Source of the DNA: Hypanus sabinus
Taxonomy: Eukaryota
Length of the DNA: 64,000 bases
Assembly: GCF_030144855.1 (NCBI RefSeq)
Contig: NC_082727.1
Location: 35,402,001 to 35,466,000, forward strand
Reading direction: 5' to 3'
The notes under the pieces were generated by a model, which worked only from the letters and a program-made list of their open reading frames with translations, did not search any database and was not told where the DNA came from. Made by a program: the position numbers and the translations under genes. Numbering within the stretch: position 1 is the first letter of the stretch; the number at the start of each line of letters is the position of its first letter. Below, in pieces: positions 49,186 through 63,600 of this stretch.

Positions 49186-49805
49186 TAGTGGACTCCAGTT
49201 AATTGGGACACATTGGGACCAATACATTTTGGCCCAATTAAGCAGCTGTCCCAATGAGCTGAAGTTTCATGGAAGTAGTTAAAAAGGTATAAAAAAGACA
49301 AACTACCATTTAACTGAAAAACAAATTATGTATTTAAATGAAGTACAGAACTTTGAAGAATACTACCAATGATACTACTGTACTATAAAACTGCATATTA
49401 ATTCCTAATAGTTATCGATGGAGGAGTTCGTCTAGTGTTCACTTTTGATTGACTATAAATGAACAAAATTAGCACAGACACCAGGTGCAGATAATAGACT
49501 GCCTTCATACAATGCTTTTGACAATTGCGTCCTTCAAATCTTCACTTTCATTATAACATTCAAGATGATTGTTGATACCTTCAAATTCTACATAATTCCT
49601 AACTTGTTGAACTAGTGAAATCATTTCATTTGCACTCAGGCCATTTCTGGCACCTCCTAGCTTGAATGCTTGAAACTGCAGTGAGCAAAACAGTTCTAAA
49701 TGCTCTTATTGCTTATTTCTTGCCAACTATCATTGACAAAAATCACTGCTTTTTGAGCAGAACCACATACAACTGCTACCATTTAAAAACTGTTTACTCT
49801 AAGCA
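49186..49805 (-). mobile_element. Tigger/pogo-like transposon remnant
   Basis: TIR-like tagtggactccagttaattggg with an internal palindromic repeat; truncated by the Gypsy insertion. Confidence 0.5.
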
Positions 49806-49806
49806 A

Positions 49807-52800
49807 TGTAATATGTGGATCTATTTCTTTTAGAGCAATGACTCCCCTTAGCACTACACATGGACTGTTGTCTATGCATGTGTATTGATCTGTTGCTTAC
49901 TCATTTTCTCACACACACACACCAATTAAAGCCATCTTCCTTTATTTAATAGATATGTGGTTGCACAGACACAACAAACTGGTGATGGGCACAAACCTGA
50001 ATGTCAGAAAATATTACGAATTGCACTGACAGTTACAGGATGAAACAGTACAAGGGCTGTCATGGACACTAACAAATGGATGCACAAATACAGTATAGTA
50101 CACAGTGCTATGCTGCACACGCACCCCTCATACAAATACACACACACACACCTGAACATTCCATTCCCTTTGCAATTTTTGCTCATTTATTTCTCAATTC
50201 CTGCTAAAACATTGTTTACATTTACATCATTTATTATTATATTGTAATTTGTCCTTTACTCTGCCTATTGTCTTGTTTATTAATTATTGTACTGTCTTGC
50301 ACTGTTTTGTGCACTTTATGTAGTCCCGTGTAGGTCTGAAGTCTAATGTAGTTTTGTGTGGTTTCAGGTAGTCTAGTGTAGTTTTGTGTGGTTTCATGTA
50401 GCACCAGGGTCCTGGAGGAACTTTGTTTTGTTTTTAATGTGTACTGTACCAGCAGTTATGGTTGAAATGACAATAAAAAGTGACTTGGCTTGACTTGAAA
50501 AATGTGCAACCAGCAAAATTAAAATGAAAATAATGTGACAATGGCGTTAGTCCGGAAAGCTGATGAATTTGATAGTGCTAATGAGAGGGTTGAACTGTAT
50601 TGTAATGCGAACAACATGAATGAGGACAAGAAAGCCCCCTCGCTCTTAGCTTAATAGGTGCTAGAGTGTACAGTCTCTTATGCAATTTAGTAATCCCTGA
50701 AAAGCCGGAAAGCAAGACATACAGCATAATTGTTACAATTTTACAAAATCACTTGAGCCCTAAACCACTGGTAATAGCTGAGAGATTTTGATTTTACCAA
50801 AGGAACCAGTCAAAGGATGAAAGCATTTTGCAGCACAGTGCTAATGTTCCCATTACTGTGACTTTAGAGATTAACTTTCTGATACATTAAGGGACAGGCT
50901 TGTATGTGGCATGCATAGTCAAAGCACTTAAAAGAGGCTACTGTCAAAAAGAGACCTGACATTAGAACTGGCACTGACCACTGCAATATTGTTAGAGGTT
51001 ATATTGTTCAAAGGATGCAGCAGAACTACAGAAAAATGGGAAATGGGCAAAATGTCCCTGAATGGTGCAAAAAGCCAAAAATGTTATCAATGTGGCAAAT
51101 CCTCCCATGATGTAAATGACTGTTGGTTTAAAGAAAAAGTTTGTAGAAAATGTCACAGACAAGGTCACATAGAGCAAGTGTGCAAGGCAGACAAAAAGCA
51201 CAACAGAGTGAAAAGCTTCACACACAAAGCTAAGCAAATGCTTAAGGTGTTCAAATGCAAAACAGAATCAGGCACACTGAGTCTGACAAAGTTGTGCTGT
51301 CATGCCTAGAACTGCTTCGTATTACTGAAGCAGATCACAAAATCATATGGATTACAGTAGATGTGTTTGGTGTAAAACAGAAAATAGAGCTGGAAACAGG
51401 GCCAGCTTTGTCTATAATTTCAGAGGCTGACTTCAACAGACTGGTTTCTAATCTACCATTAGAGAAGATCTCAGTGAAAAAAGTGTCTCCCAAAGGTAAA
51501 CTGAAGGTGAACGTGACATATGGAGGCCAAACACAGCAGTCAGAACTTCATGTGATGAAAAGTGGAAGGGCAGCACATTTTGGACGTGAATGGTTGAGAA
51601 AAATCCAACTAGACTGACACTCAATTAAAGCCCTCAATGTGGCATCAACAGGCAACCACAGCCCAAATGGTAGCACTAACCAGAGACTGGCACAGCTGCT
51701 TAATGCTGTGAGAAGGTGTTTGCGAAGGGAATTGGTAAACTCAAAGGCATTAAGGCAAGAATTGAACGGGATGAAGGAGCAATGCCAAGATTCCATAAAT
51801 AAGGCCCAGTGCCTTATGCACTACTTCCTAAATTGGATGTTGAACTTTAGAGCTTGGAACTCTCTCCGAGCTCCGAGGTTTAGTGGGGCGATGGGGCCAC
51901 GCCCATTGTCCCAGTGATCAAAAATGGGAAAGCCGGAGTCATTCGCATATGTGGGGATTTCAAGGCCAGCATCAACCTGGTGCTGCGTACTGTGCAGAAT
52001 CCCCTGCCATTTTTGCATCTTTGGCAGGCGGAGAGAGGTTTTCAAAGATTGACTTGTCACAAGCCTATCTGCAAATGGAAATCCAGGAGTCAAGCGGGAA
52101 GTTCCTCGCAATCAACACTCACAAGGGAATATTCCAGCAGAATCGTCTCGGCTACAGCGTCGCATCAGCTCCAGCAATTTGGCAAAGAGCAATGGACCGA
52201 GTGTCCAATATATCCCAGGACACAGTGTTAACTTGATGACATCATTGATGATGAAGGTGACCTCCAGAACCTTTGTAAAGTGCTTACCAGGCTGAGTGAG
52301 TATGGTCTGCACACAAAGAGAGAGAATTGTGAGTTTTCAAGAATGAAATCTCATGTCATGGACAAGCATTAACAAGCATGGCTTACGTTAGTCACAAGAG
52401 AAAATCGAAGTAGTTCTATAGACACCCGAACTGAAAATGTGTCACAACCCAGGTCATTCTGTACTTGGGCCTTGTAAACTACTACCACCAGTTTCTTCCA
52501 AACATTGCTACAGTGCTGTGCCCATTGAATGTACTCTTGCAGACAGAAGCAAAGTGGGAATAGTCAGAAAGATGTGAAAGGGCATTCAAAGAAACAATGA
52601 GGCTAATAACATGATTTGAATAACTTCAAATCATGCCAACAATAAAGCAAGTATCAACAATTCAGAACAAAATTGAGTTCATAAACCCCATGGTTTCAGT
52701 CTCAGTCTATCACACAGAGGCAAATTGCCACAAAGCTCGCAGACACTGAGCCTGGAGTGGCTGGGGCACGGCATGACACTGCCTCAGCCCCAGCGCCGGG

Positions 52801-52880
52801 GACAGCAGAGTAAGAAGTCGCAGAGCAGGAATCATTAGTTGCCCGCCTCTGGTCCTGACACCTTGCCGTTTCAGTCCATC
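49807..52880 (+). mobile_element. Degenerate Gypsy LTR retrotransposon (5' LTR 49807-49976, gag-pro-RT), interrupted by a LINE tail at ~50020-50497
   Basis: TG...CA LTR followed by a PBS-like TGGTGA; two CCHC knuckles (CYQCGKSSHDVNDC, CRKCHRQGHIEQVC); RICGDFK; FSKIDLSQAYLQM; ASAPAIWQRAMD. Confidence 0.9.
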
Positions 52881-53329
52881 TCAGCCGGCAGGCAAAGCAT
52901 CGGTAGCACAGTGTTGAGCGCAATGTTATCACAGCTCGGGGTGTCCAAGTTCGGAGCTCAATTCAGGCATCTTCTGAAAGGAGTCTGTACGTCCTCGCTG
53001 TGGAATGCATGGGGTTTCTCCATGTTTCCTCCCACATTCCAAAGACTACCAGTTAGTAGGTTAGTTTTACATGCCCCGTGATTAGGCTAGGCTTAAATCG
53101 GGGGTTGCTGGCCTATTCCGCACTGTATCTCGATAAATGAATAACTACATACAAACACAATTTTCAAAGTGGATTAGATGCACACACGAATCGGGTACAG
53201 AATATAGGTGCACACGCAAAGCCCTGTATACAGTATAAGTGCACAAGCATAGCCCCGTTACAGCACAAGATACACAGTCAGTCCTGTGTACTGTGAGCTG
53301 TACGGAACGCTGTGCAGTGTTACGTGGAC

Positions 53330-53584
53330 GAACATGATCCGGTATGTATCACATGAAGCGCGCACACAGTGATCCACACCAGCCAGTGCCTGACTATGAC
53401 GTGACAAAGGGAAACGCCCAGCGTGCGCTGATTGGTCATGCTATGGCATGACGCATGATCGAGCGTGGGAGTACGAGCGGGAGCGCGCCTCGCCCTGTTC
53501 CTTCCGTGTGTGACTGGGGCCGTTCTGAGTCCGGGCGCTCCGATCCATTCGCACGCACGCTGAGGATTCGTCTCTTCCTTGTTG
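53330..53584 (+). promoter_or_regulatory. CpG-rich promoter and ATG-free non-coding exon 1, probably of the next lipase copy
   Basis: Non-repeat CpG-dense patch with TCACATGA (53349), TGACGTGAC (53397), ATTGG (53431), TGACGCA (53449) and CTTCCG (53501). Donor TTG|GTAAGA at 53585. It lies upstream of the duplicated intron-1 sequence. Confidence 0.7.
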
Positions 53585-54199
53585 GTAAGAGCTGTTTGGT
53601 TGCGTTGTACTGCGGGGAGGTGCGGGCAGAAAGTTGTATTAATTTCTAGAAAAGTTAAGTATTTAGATAAGGAATTCGGCATCACACTGTCACTGTTAGT
53701 AATGGGCACCCGGGATGCGGTTATTAACATAGGACCAGGTCTTTCGGCAAAGTCTGTGCCGATCAAATGGTCCTATTACGTTTGTTCGTGTGTCTAAGTA
53801 CCTCTTAAAAGTTTGTTGTCGTATCTGTTTTTACTATCTCCCTGGCAAGCCCGTGCCAGACACTCTGAAATCTTGACATGTAAATTTCATTTAAAACCTG
53901 TGAACGTTAAAGTTATGCTCTCTGGATGTGACTATCTACCCTATCTATGCTGCCTATAATTTGACATTCTTCTAAGAAACTGTCCCTCAGCCACCGTTAG
54001 CTGATCCAGAGAAAATACACTTGTCAACCCCTCCTTGTAGCTAATACTCTCCAACACCTCCCTAACATTCCCGTAATGATCAGAACTGCACACAATACGG
54101 TCAGTGAGCTATTCTGTTGAAAAAAAAGATTATTGCCACCAACAGATAATAGATCTGCATTTTTTCAGCAACACGTTAGGATTCGTATCTTGTTGAGTT

Positions 54200-55295
54200 A
54201 AAATCAGTAGAACAAAATAACAGAAATTTAAAAAGTAGTGAGGTAGTATTCATGGGTTCAATATCAAACAATCTGCAGATGCTGGAAATCCAAGTAACAC
54301 ACACAAAATGCTGGAGGAACTCAGCAGACCAGGCAGCATCTATGGAAAAGAGTACAGTTGACGTTTTGGGCCTGGCCTATGGAGCTCCCCCAGCATTTTC
54401 AATATCCATTTAGAAAATAGGTGGCAGAGAGGGAGTATGGCCTGAAGGCACATGCTCAGGATTCAGGCTTCTGTACCTCCTTCCTGACAGTAGCAGTGTG
54501 AAGAGGGCATGTCCTGATTGGTGGGAATCCTTAATGATGGACTCCACCTTCCAATGACACCACTCCTTGATATCTTGGAGACTATGGACTCTGGTACTCA
54601 TGACAGAGCTGACTAAATTTACAAGTTTCTGAAATTTATTTCGAGCCCCTCCCCCATACCAGCCAGTGAAGCAGTGAAACATTTGTAGAAGTTTTTGAGT
54701 GCTTTCGTTGACAACCCAAATCTCCAACTCCTAATGAATCAATATGTTGCATCCAGTTTAGGTCCTCAGAGATATTGACACCCAGGAACTTGAAATTGCT
54801 CACTCTCTCCACTTCTGACCCCTCTACAAGGATTGGCTTGTGTTCCCTCGTCTTACTCTTCCTGAAGTCCAGAATCAGTTCTGTAAACTTGAGCGCAAGA
54901 TTGTTGCTGCGACACCACTCAGCTAACTGGTATATCTTGCTCCTGAGCATCCTTTCACCACCATCTGAAATTCTGCCAACTATGGTTGTATCATCAGCAA
55001 ACTTACAGATGCTGTTTGAGCTGTGCCTAGCCACACAGTCACGGGTACAGAGAGAGTAGAGCAGTGGGCTAAGCACACACCCTGTGGAGTCCAGTGTTGA
55101 TTGCCAGTGAGGTGGAGATGTTATTTCCAATCCACACAGATCGTGGTCTTCTGATTAAGAAGCTGAGGATCCAGTTGCAGAGGGAGCTACAGAAGCCTAG
55201 AAGTAGTTTTGATTTTTGATAGTTTTTTTTTCAATGATGGTGCTAAATGCTGAGCTGTAGTCAATAAACAACATCCTGACATAGGCATTTGCATA
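54200..55295 (-). mobile_element. Rex1/Babar LINE RT fragment with a small Penelope insert (TTCAATATC TSD)
   Basis: GCVLSPLLYSL...CKFADDTTIVG...FKFLGVNISEDL. Confidence 0.9.
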
Positions 55296-58200
55296 TCTAA
55301 ACTACTTTAACCAGTTTTATGAGAGCTAACTTGTGAATTAATTTAGAATTAGAACAAGAAGCTTATTTTAGAAATTTGAACAAGTCTAATTTGCCATAAT
55401 ATGATGCGAAGCACAATTTATCAGATCTTAATTTTTTTGCTCACTTACATACTGAGTATTTATTAAATGGTTCTGTTGACATTTGGTTTCATTGGCCACC
55501 AACGGCATGTGCAAGGTTTTAACCATGACTTAAACTGACAGGACCTTTATGCAGTGGGGTGGGGTAGAATGTTTTTGGGGAATGGGCGTTGCCGGATGGG
55601 ATGGTTCAGGATCACTGGCCTTGCCTGGGGAGATAGCTCTGCTGTGGGAGATGGTTCAGGATCCCAGAAATTGTCCTGGGGGTGGTCTGGTTCCCTGACG
55701 TTGGCTGGCTGAAGAGTTCAGATGCTGGGAACTGTCCCCAAGGAATGGCTCGGGATCCCTGCTGTTTCTGGGGAGAGATTGTTCATGATTCCTCACAATC
55801 TGCAACTGCACCAAATTTCATTACAATACATGCTTACCAGACGACCTATCTTTTCAATTAAATTTATATTTATACACATACTAAACAAAGGTGGTCTGGT
55901 AAGCTCATATTGTAACGAAAATTAGTGGAGTTGCAGATTGTGAGGAAGGCCATCAAAGTAAACAGCAGGTTCTGGACCAGGTGGACATTTTGAGCTGAGT
56001 AATGATGTAGAATTTAATCCAGACAAATGTGAGGTGTTGAGTTTTAAAGCCGTTTTAAGGATTAACTCTGTCTGTCACATGTACATTGAAACATCAGTTA
56101 AATGTGTTGTTTGCATCAAATCAACTCAGTGAGGAATGTGCCTGAAGATGTTGCCATACCTTCTGCACTAGTACAGCATGCCTACGATTTATTAAGCTTA
56201 ACCCATACATGTTTAGAATGTGGGAGGAAAAAGGAGCACCGGAAAGAGGCCCATAGGGTCACAGGGAGAACTTGCACGCTCCTTGCAGACAGCGACGGGA
56301 ATCACACATTGATCTTACAACAGGTGCTGTAAAGCATACTCTATGACGCTGCCCATATTGGGAGGCCAAATATAACAGGAAAGTATATTGTGCATGCATA
56401 GAAGGACCCTTGGAGCAACGATGTCAGGTGAAAATCCATAGCTCTCTGAAAGTAGCAGCTCAAGGAGGAGTAGTGCGTACCTGCCTCCATTAGCCGGTGT
56501 TCAGTATATCTGCACATCAAAACTTTACCTGGACATGAATGAACAAAGAAACAAACCACTGATTCAGTTGACCTACAGGGATATCCCCCCCTCAATTCCT
56601 CCTATGTGTTCTGAAGACTGATTTCTTGCTGGGTACAGTTCCCTAACTGCCAGGCAGTTGTGGTACTTCACCTCTGTAGTCAATCAATTCTGTACCTTGA
56701 ACATTGGCCGCAGTAATTGATTATGTTGAGGGGTTATCACAAATGAACTCCATCCAGATCAATACACCTCTGTTCCCTAGCCACCAACCTTATCACTGTC
56801 AATGGCAAAAGTATGTGTTGAGCCTGGGTGTCATGTCCATCACTAATGTAAGCTTCAGAACACATTTTCAATCAAAGTGGCATTTTTTGACTGGCCTCTA
56901 GAAAAACCCATGTACAGTTGAAGAGTTTATCTCTCCTTTTGTAAACTTTTGATGTGATTATTTCTCTACTGTCTTGGCTACTCATCTTAAACATGAGGCA
57001 ATCCAACAACTTTTGACCCTTCATCCTTACTTATCAATTAGTTAATGCTGCTGAAGTACCATTGCATTGTAATCATATCCCATCAGGTATTGCTGATCCC
57101 TAGCTCTATAACTTCCTCCAGCTCTACGTCCCTCAGAGTTACCTTTACTTCAGTTCTGCTCTCCGGAACATGTCTCCACTTTACTTCTGAAAGCTATACT
57201 TTAAGTTTAAAGGATCTTGGACCCTGAACATAGAAATCTACAGTACATTTCAGGCCCTTCAGTCCACAATGTTGTGCTGACCATGCACCTACCCTACAAA
57301 CTGCCTATTGCATAACCCTCTTTTTTTTAAGTTCCCTATACCTGTCTAATAATCACTTAAAATGCCCTATTGTATCTGCAAATTCCTTCCTTAAATTTCT
57401 TAGCCTCTGTCTTTCTATTCTTTAAGATTCTCTTCTCTGACTAAGATCTTGTCTGTCTCTGGGTAAGAATGTGGGGCGTTTCTTCACCTTGTGTAACCAA
57501 AGCCTCTTGGACATTTCACCACCCTATTTGTGACTTTTACCAGCAGTGTTGCAGACGAAGGGCCCAGAGCATTGTTGAGGATCCCCACCAGCCATCCCAC
57601 AATCTCTTTGACCCACTGCTGTTAGGAAGGCTGTAATGAGCATCAGGACTAAGACAAATAGACTGGGTGGCAGCTTCTTCCCTCCGACCGTGAGATGAAT
57701 GAATACCATGTCACCACTGAAGTTTATCACCAGAACAGCGAGCTGCTTACTGTTAATGAGATGTGCCCTGCGTGAATTTTGAATTATACTTTATTAACAT
57801 ATTGATGGTGTGTGATATATGTTTTGTGGATGCACTGTGGTCAAGAGGAACATTGGTTGTATATATGTGCAGTCAGATGAGAATAAACTATTAACCTGAA
57901 CTTGAAACGCACTAACTGCAGACAACTGAGCCGCACAGTTCAGTTCTCCACTCCTGACACATTTTTTATTTTTTACAAGCAAAGAATGAATAACTATAGT
58001 CACAATGGCAATAATCACCCACTTTGACATTTTGAGTGTTGCCAAGTAACTTTACTGTATTACATACACATTTACAATGGTAGCACTTCCCACCTGGTAG
58101 AACTGTTTTGAATATTCAACACTGGTGGATGGTCTGAAACCTTTCAAGCACAAACTCTTGATAGCCAAAATATGCTTCTTTTGTTACAATATTAAGAAAT

Positions 58201-58821
58201 GGCTTCCTGAATATACAACGAACCTGAATGTTAAGTGATTAAATAGACCTGTCCAGAACAGCACGTTGAGTGGCAGCAGTATGCCTACAGCAATGTGCTA
58301 ACGAAGGAGAAAGCCACTTAACCATTCCAATCTCATCCTGAAGTTTTCAGTAACCACCAATTAGTATGATCATTCATCTCTCGTCTCTCCTGCACAGTTT
58401 AATCAGTCCTAGCTAATGCTCAGTTTTAGTAGCTTTAAAGATTCAGTTGAAGTTGGGCAGGTTTTATTTCCTGAAGATTGGGTCTCAGGTTAATTAATTT
58501 CATCTATCCATAATCCTGTAATTCCAGAATAATCCCTAACAATGCTAACGGTTGTTGCCCTTAGTTGAGACCCTTGCAAACTAAATTACCAAATAACATC
58601 ACAGTAAATTAGGTAGATGACCATTATTTCCTTCCCAAACCCTCAATTACCAAAGCGTTCTTAAGTACCAAAGAATTCTTAACTCAGTACCATCTGGTCC
58701 TTAAGTCTAAACGCATCTAGTAATATATGAACTGGCTGAACAGCAGTAAATCACAATCTATACTGCCTGAGAATGTGGGTGGATTGAGAAGGTTTCACAG
58801 TGTAAGTCATAATAAAGAAAA

Positions 58822-60685
58822 ACACACACACAATGCTGGAGGAACTCAGCCGGCCAGGGTGCACCTATGGAAAAAAAGTACAGTCGATGGTTCGGACTGG
58901 AGGGAAAACGCTGAGGAGTAGATTTAGAAGATGGGGGAGGGAAGAGAGAATCACAGAGTGATAGGTGAAACCTGGAGGGGGAGGGATGAGGTAAAGAGCT
59001 GGGAAGTTGACTGATGAGATGAGGTGAGAGAGGGAAAAGGGGTTAAATGGAGAAGGGAAGGGTGGGCTTGGGGGACATTACCAGATGTTTGAGAAATCGA
59101 TGTTCCTGCCATCAGGTTGGAGGCTACCCAAACGGAATATAAGGTGTTGTTCCTCCTATCTAAGTGTGGCCTCATCATGACAATGGAGGAGGCAGTGCAT
59201 GAACATACCGGAATGAGAAGTGGAGTTAAAATGGGTGGCCATTTGGAGATCCCGCTTCTTCTGGCAGGTGGAGCGTAGGTGCTCAGCGAAGCGGTCTCCC
59301 AATCTACTTTGCTTCTCACAGATCTACAGGAAGCCACACTGAGAGTACCAAACGCAGCACATGACCCCAACAGACTCACAGGTGAAGTGTCACCTCACCT
59401 GGAAGAACCGTTTAGGGCCCTGGATGGTAGTGAGGGATGAGGTGTAGGGGCAGGCGTAGTACTTCTCCCATTTGCAAGGATAAATGCCAGGAGGGATGAA
59501 ATGACAAGGGAGTGACATGGGAGTGATCCCTGTGGGAAGCAGAAAGTGGGGTGGGGGGGGGGGGGGGAGGGAAAGAGGTGTTTTGTGGTGGGATCCCGTT
59601 GGAGGTGGCAGAAGTTTTGGAGAATTATGTGCTGGATATGGACGCTGGTGAGATGGTGGTAGGTGAGGACAAGAGAAACCCTATCTCTGGTAGGATGGTG
59701 GGAGGATGGGGTGAGAGCGGACGTGCGTGAAGTGGAAGAGCTGGGGTTGAGGGCAGTGTTGATGGCGGAGGAAGGGAAGACCCTTTCTTTGAAAAAGGAG
59801 GCCATCTCCTTCATTTTAAAATGAAAAGCTTTATCCTGAGAGCAGATGTGGCAGAGACGGAGGAATTGAGAAAAAGGGATGGCGTCTTTACAAGCAGTAG
59901 GGTGGGATGAGGTGTAGTCTAGGTAGCTGTGGAAGTCCGTGGGTTTGTAGTAGACATTGCTGGGTAAGCTGTCTTCGGAAATAGAGACAGTGGGATTGAG
60001 AAGGGGAAGGGAGTTGTCAGGAATGGACCAGGTGAGTTTGAGGGCAGTGTGGAAGTTGGAGGCAAAGTTGATGAGGTCGATGAGCTCTGCATGGGTGCAG
60101 GAAGCAGCACCAATGCAGTCGTCGATGTAGCGTAAGAAAAATGTGGGATGGTCACCAGTGTAGGTTTGGAACATAGACTATTCCACGTAGCTGACAAACA
60201 GGCAGGCATAGCTGGGACCCATGCAAGTGCCCATGACTACACCTTTTGTTTGAAGGAAGTGGGATGAGCCAAAGGAGAAATTATTGAGAGTGAGGACACA
60301 AGTTCCAGTAGGCAGAGGAGAGTGGTGATGGAGGGGAACTGGTTGGGTTTGGTGTCCAGAAAGAAAAGGAGAGCTTTGAGGTCTTCTTGGTGGGGGATGG
60401 AGGGATATAGGGACTGGACATCCATGGTGAAAATAAGATGCTCATGGCTAGAGAACTTGAAATCATTGAAAAGATCAAGAGTGTGTGAGGTGTCACGGAT
60501 GTAGGTGGGTAGGGACTGAACTGGGGGTGAGGGGTGTCGAGGTATGCAGATATGAGTTCTGTGGGGCAGGAACAAGCTGAAACAATGGGTCTACCTGGAC
60601 AAGCAGGTTTGTGAATCTTAGGTAGAAGGTAGATATGCGAGGTGCGGGGTGTGCGAACTGAGAGGTTGGTGGTGGTGAAGATAAA
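58822..60685 (-). mobile_element. Penelope-like retroelement, frameshifted
   Basis: [46 protein letters not shown]; PLE terminus near 58830. Confidence 0.92.
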
Positions 60686-63600
60686 CATTTTCTTAATTTG
60701 GGATTTAAGTGGCGGGAGAGAGAGTGAGAGCAGAGCAGTTATATTGACTACTAAGTTACCACCAGAAAGGAGAACAATTATCCAAGCTGACCTCCGGTTT
60801 TCTGTCAAAGCGGTAGAATTGGGACTCTTGCCTCTGGGAAATGACAGGCTAATGCATTGTCTAATTTTCCTTCTGTTCACTCCATTGCCTCCCCACCTCC
60901 CCTTCCCTCCCCTCCAACAAGGTGCTCTCACCCACCCCATACATTCTTGCCCTTTCATTTGCTTTTGACCTCTTTCTGAAGCTCTTCTCATCTAAGCTTA
61001 CACTCTCCTCCTTTGCCAGCTCTTCCTTCCACCACAACACCCACCCCCCCCGAATTCTCAGTCGCTCCCGGGAAGGTGGAGTTTCCAGGCACCTCACGTC
61101 TTGGTCTAGCCCACCAGAAAGGTGTTTGTGTTGTAAGCCATTGTTTAAGAACTGCTGGGTTAGGCAACTTCAGCTTTGCACTCTGCTGCCCCACGTGTAG
61201 TTACTGATTTTGATTGGAGCAAACAGTCCTTCTGATTGGTCCAATTCTGTCACACCACAGAGATGAGATCTTGTGCTTGTCTTTGGTTTGCTGTCTAGTT
61301 GAGCAATATTGTAAGATGAGGTCAGCAATCCAATGTAACTGGTTAAAGATCTTCCTACTGGTTCAAAACGCCCTACTAATTCAATGAATATGCTCCAGTA
61401 AGAGCTGTGCATTTCTAAATCCTGACCAAACTGGGAATTTTCCTATCTGATGTGGTCAACATGGTATATTGGTTTGCTTAGAGGATACCAGAGGATGTTT
61501 TCCAGCTGATGAGGAACATAAAATATCTATTACTGTGGAATGATGGGAGGGGTCATTGATTAGAAGGTACAACTGGAATCAGACTATTAATCCCTACCAG
61601 AGTTGATCAGAAACAAGGTTCATTTTATTATTAGAGATAACATCCTGTAGCAGACCCCCCTGGCCCGGAGAGCGCGCACCACCTAATTACACCAGTGTGA
61701 CCAATTAACCTACTAACCAGTACATCTATTGAATGTGGGAGGAAATTGGAGCACCGAGAGGAAATTCCCGTGGTCATGGGGAGAACATATGAACTCCATA
61801 CAGACAGTGGCAGAATTGAACTGGGGTCACTGGTTCTGTAATAGTGATATTATCGCTTCTGTTAAAGAACATAAGAAATAGGAGCAGGAGTAGACTATCT
61901 GGCCCGTTGAGCCTGGTCCGCATTTCAATAAGATCATGGCTGATCTGACCATGGACTCATCTCCACCTACCTGCCTTTTCCCCATGACCCTTAATTCCCC
62001 AACTTTGCAAAAATCTTTCGAACCTTGTCTTAACTATATTTACTGAGGTAGCCTCGACTGCTTCATTGGTCTTGTATGTAGTGAAATTTGCTGTTTTTTT
62101 TTTGTCAGCAAGACATAAAAAATGACTGTACATTACAAATAAATAAATTGTGCGAAAGAGGAATAGTGAGGTAGTCCATGGGTTCGTGGACCGTTCAGAA
62201 ATCTTATGGTAAAAGAGAAGAGGTGGTTCCTAAAACATTGCGTGTGTGTCTTCAGGCTCCTGTACCTCCTCCCTAATGGTAGCAATAAGAGAGAGATTGT
62301 CTCCGATAAGAACAAATCTAATTAAACTGCTGCCCTATTTCTCAATGTTTCTCGTCTGGATGATGGGTCTAGATGAATTAATAGAATATTAACTCTGCAA
62401 TCAGTGCTGTTCTAAGCATCGGCATTAGCTGACAAGGATGTTAAGATCAGGAATAGTTTTTACCCCTCAGTCATCACAGACTTTATTGATCCCGAGGGAA
62501 ATTGGGCTCTTGAACCAGAAGAGAAAATTTCACTCAACTTCGCTCTGCCCAACACTGAAGTGTTCCCACAACCTATGAAATAACATTCAAGGACCCCTCA
62601 GCTCAAGTTCTCGATATTTATTGCTTATTTGTTCTTTTGTTATTGTTTTTTTCTTTTTGTATTTGCATAGTTTGTTGTGTTTTGCACATTAATTGTCCGT
62701 CCTGTTGGGTGCGGTCTTTCATTGATCCTTCTGTGTTTCTTGTACACATTGTAAATGCCCACAAGCAACTGAATCTGAGGACTGCCAACAGTTAACTTTG
62801 ATAAATTTGCTTTGAACTTCCTCTTCTGCTGCTGGCTGTTTTACTTTGAATCAGTGAAAGTATCATAACCATATTCTATTTACCATGTTATCTTTATTTT
62901 GCAGATAAACAAAGATGTACTTTTTCACTCTTAAACTGAGTCTAGCCTAGTGCCTGTTGGGAACTTCACAGGTGCTTTCTTCACAGTATTACAAGCCAGA
63001 AACAATCTACTTTTACCTGCTTAAACTAAAATGATGTGGCTTCTTAGAACTCTGCCCAAACTGCTGCCCAATTTGTCCTCTATATATGAACATAGAAACA
63101 GGGAAATTGTTTCTAGAGCAGTGGATCTGCTGAATGAAGAGAGATTTGAGGTCAGGTAGTTTGTGTTCACTGGAGCTTAGAACATTGAAGGAGTCCCATT
63201 AAAATAAAATTCTGGCCCAAGTAGATGATTCGTGAGAGATGTTTTCCCTGGCTGATGTTTCTAGAATGAGAGCTTGCACGGCAAGAGATTTAGGATTGAG
63301 ATAAGGAGAAATTTTGTCAGTAAACTTGTGGGATTTAGTACCACAGAGGGTTGTCAATAGTGGACAATTGGCCCTAAGACCAATGTAGGTAAACTTTCAG
63401 GCACAAGAGGCTCATAGCTATGAGGAGAAGGCAGGAATGTGATTTTTGACTTAAATGATGAGTCATGATCACAACGTATGGCAGGAGAGGCATGAAATGC
63501 AGAACTCCTCTTTTCTATGTTTTGGGAAACGGCTGTGGGTAAAAGATCAGTAGAGAAAGATAGGGAAGTAGAATTACTCCTGTAACAGTTCCAAAGGCCA

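Noticed and set aside
52700-53330. RNLS exon 1 expected head-to-head with the lipase promoter
   Set aside because: No VLIVGAG-like frame found; the region is Gypsy tail, SINE and tandem repeat.
59395-60991. Longest ORFs (259 and 236 aa) as host genes
   Set aside because: They are frameshifted Penelope reverse-transcriptase pieces.
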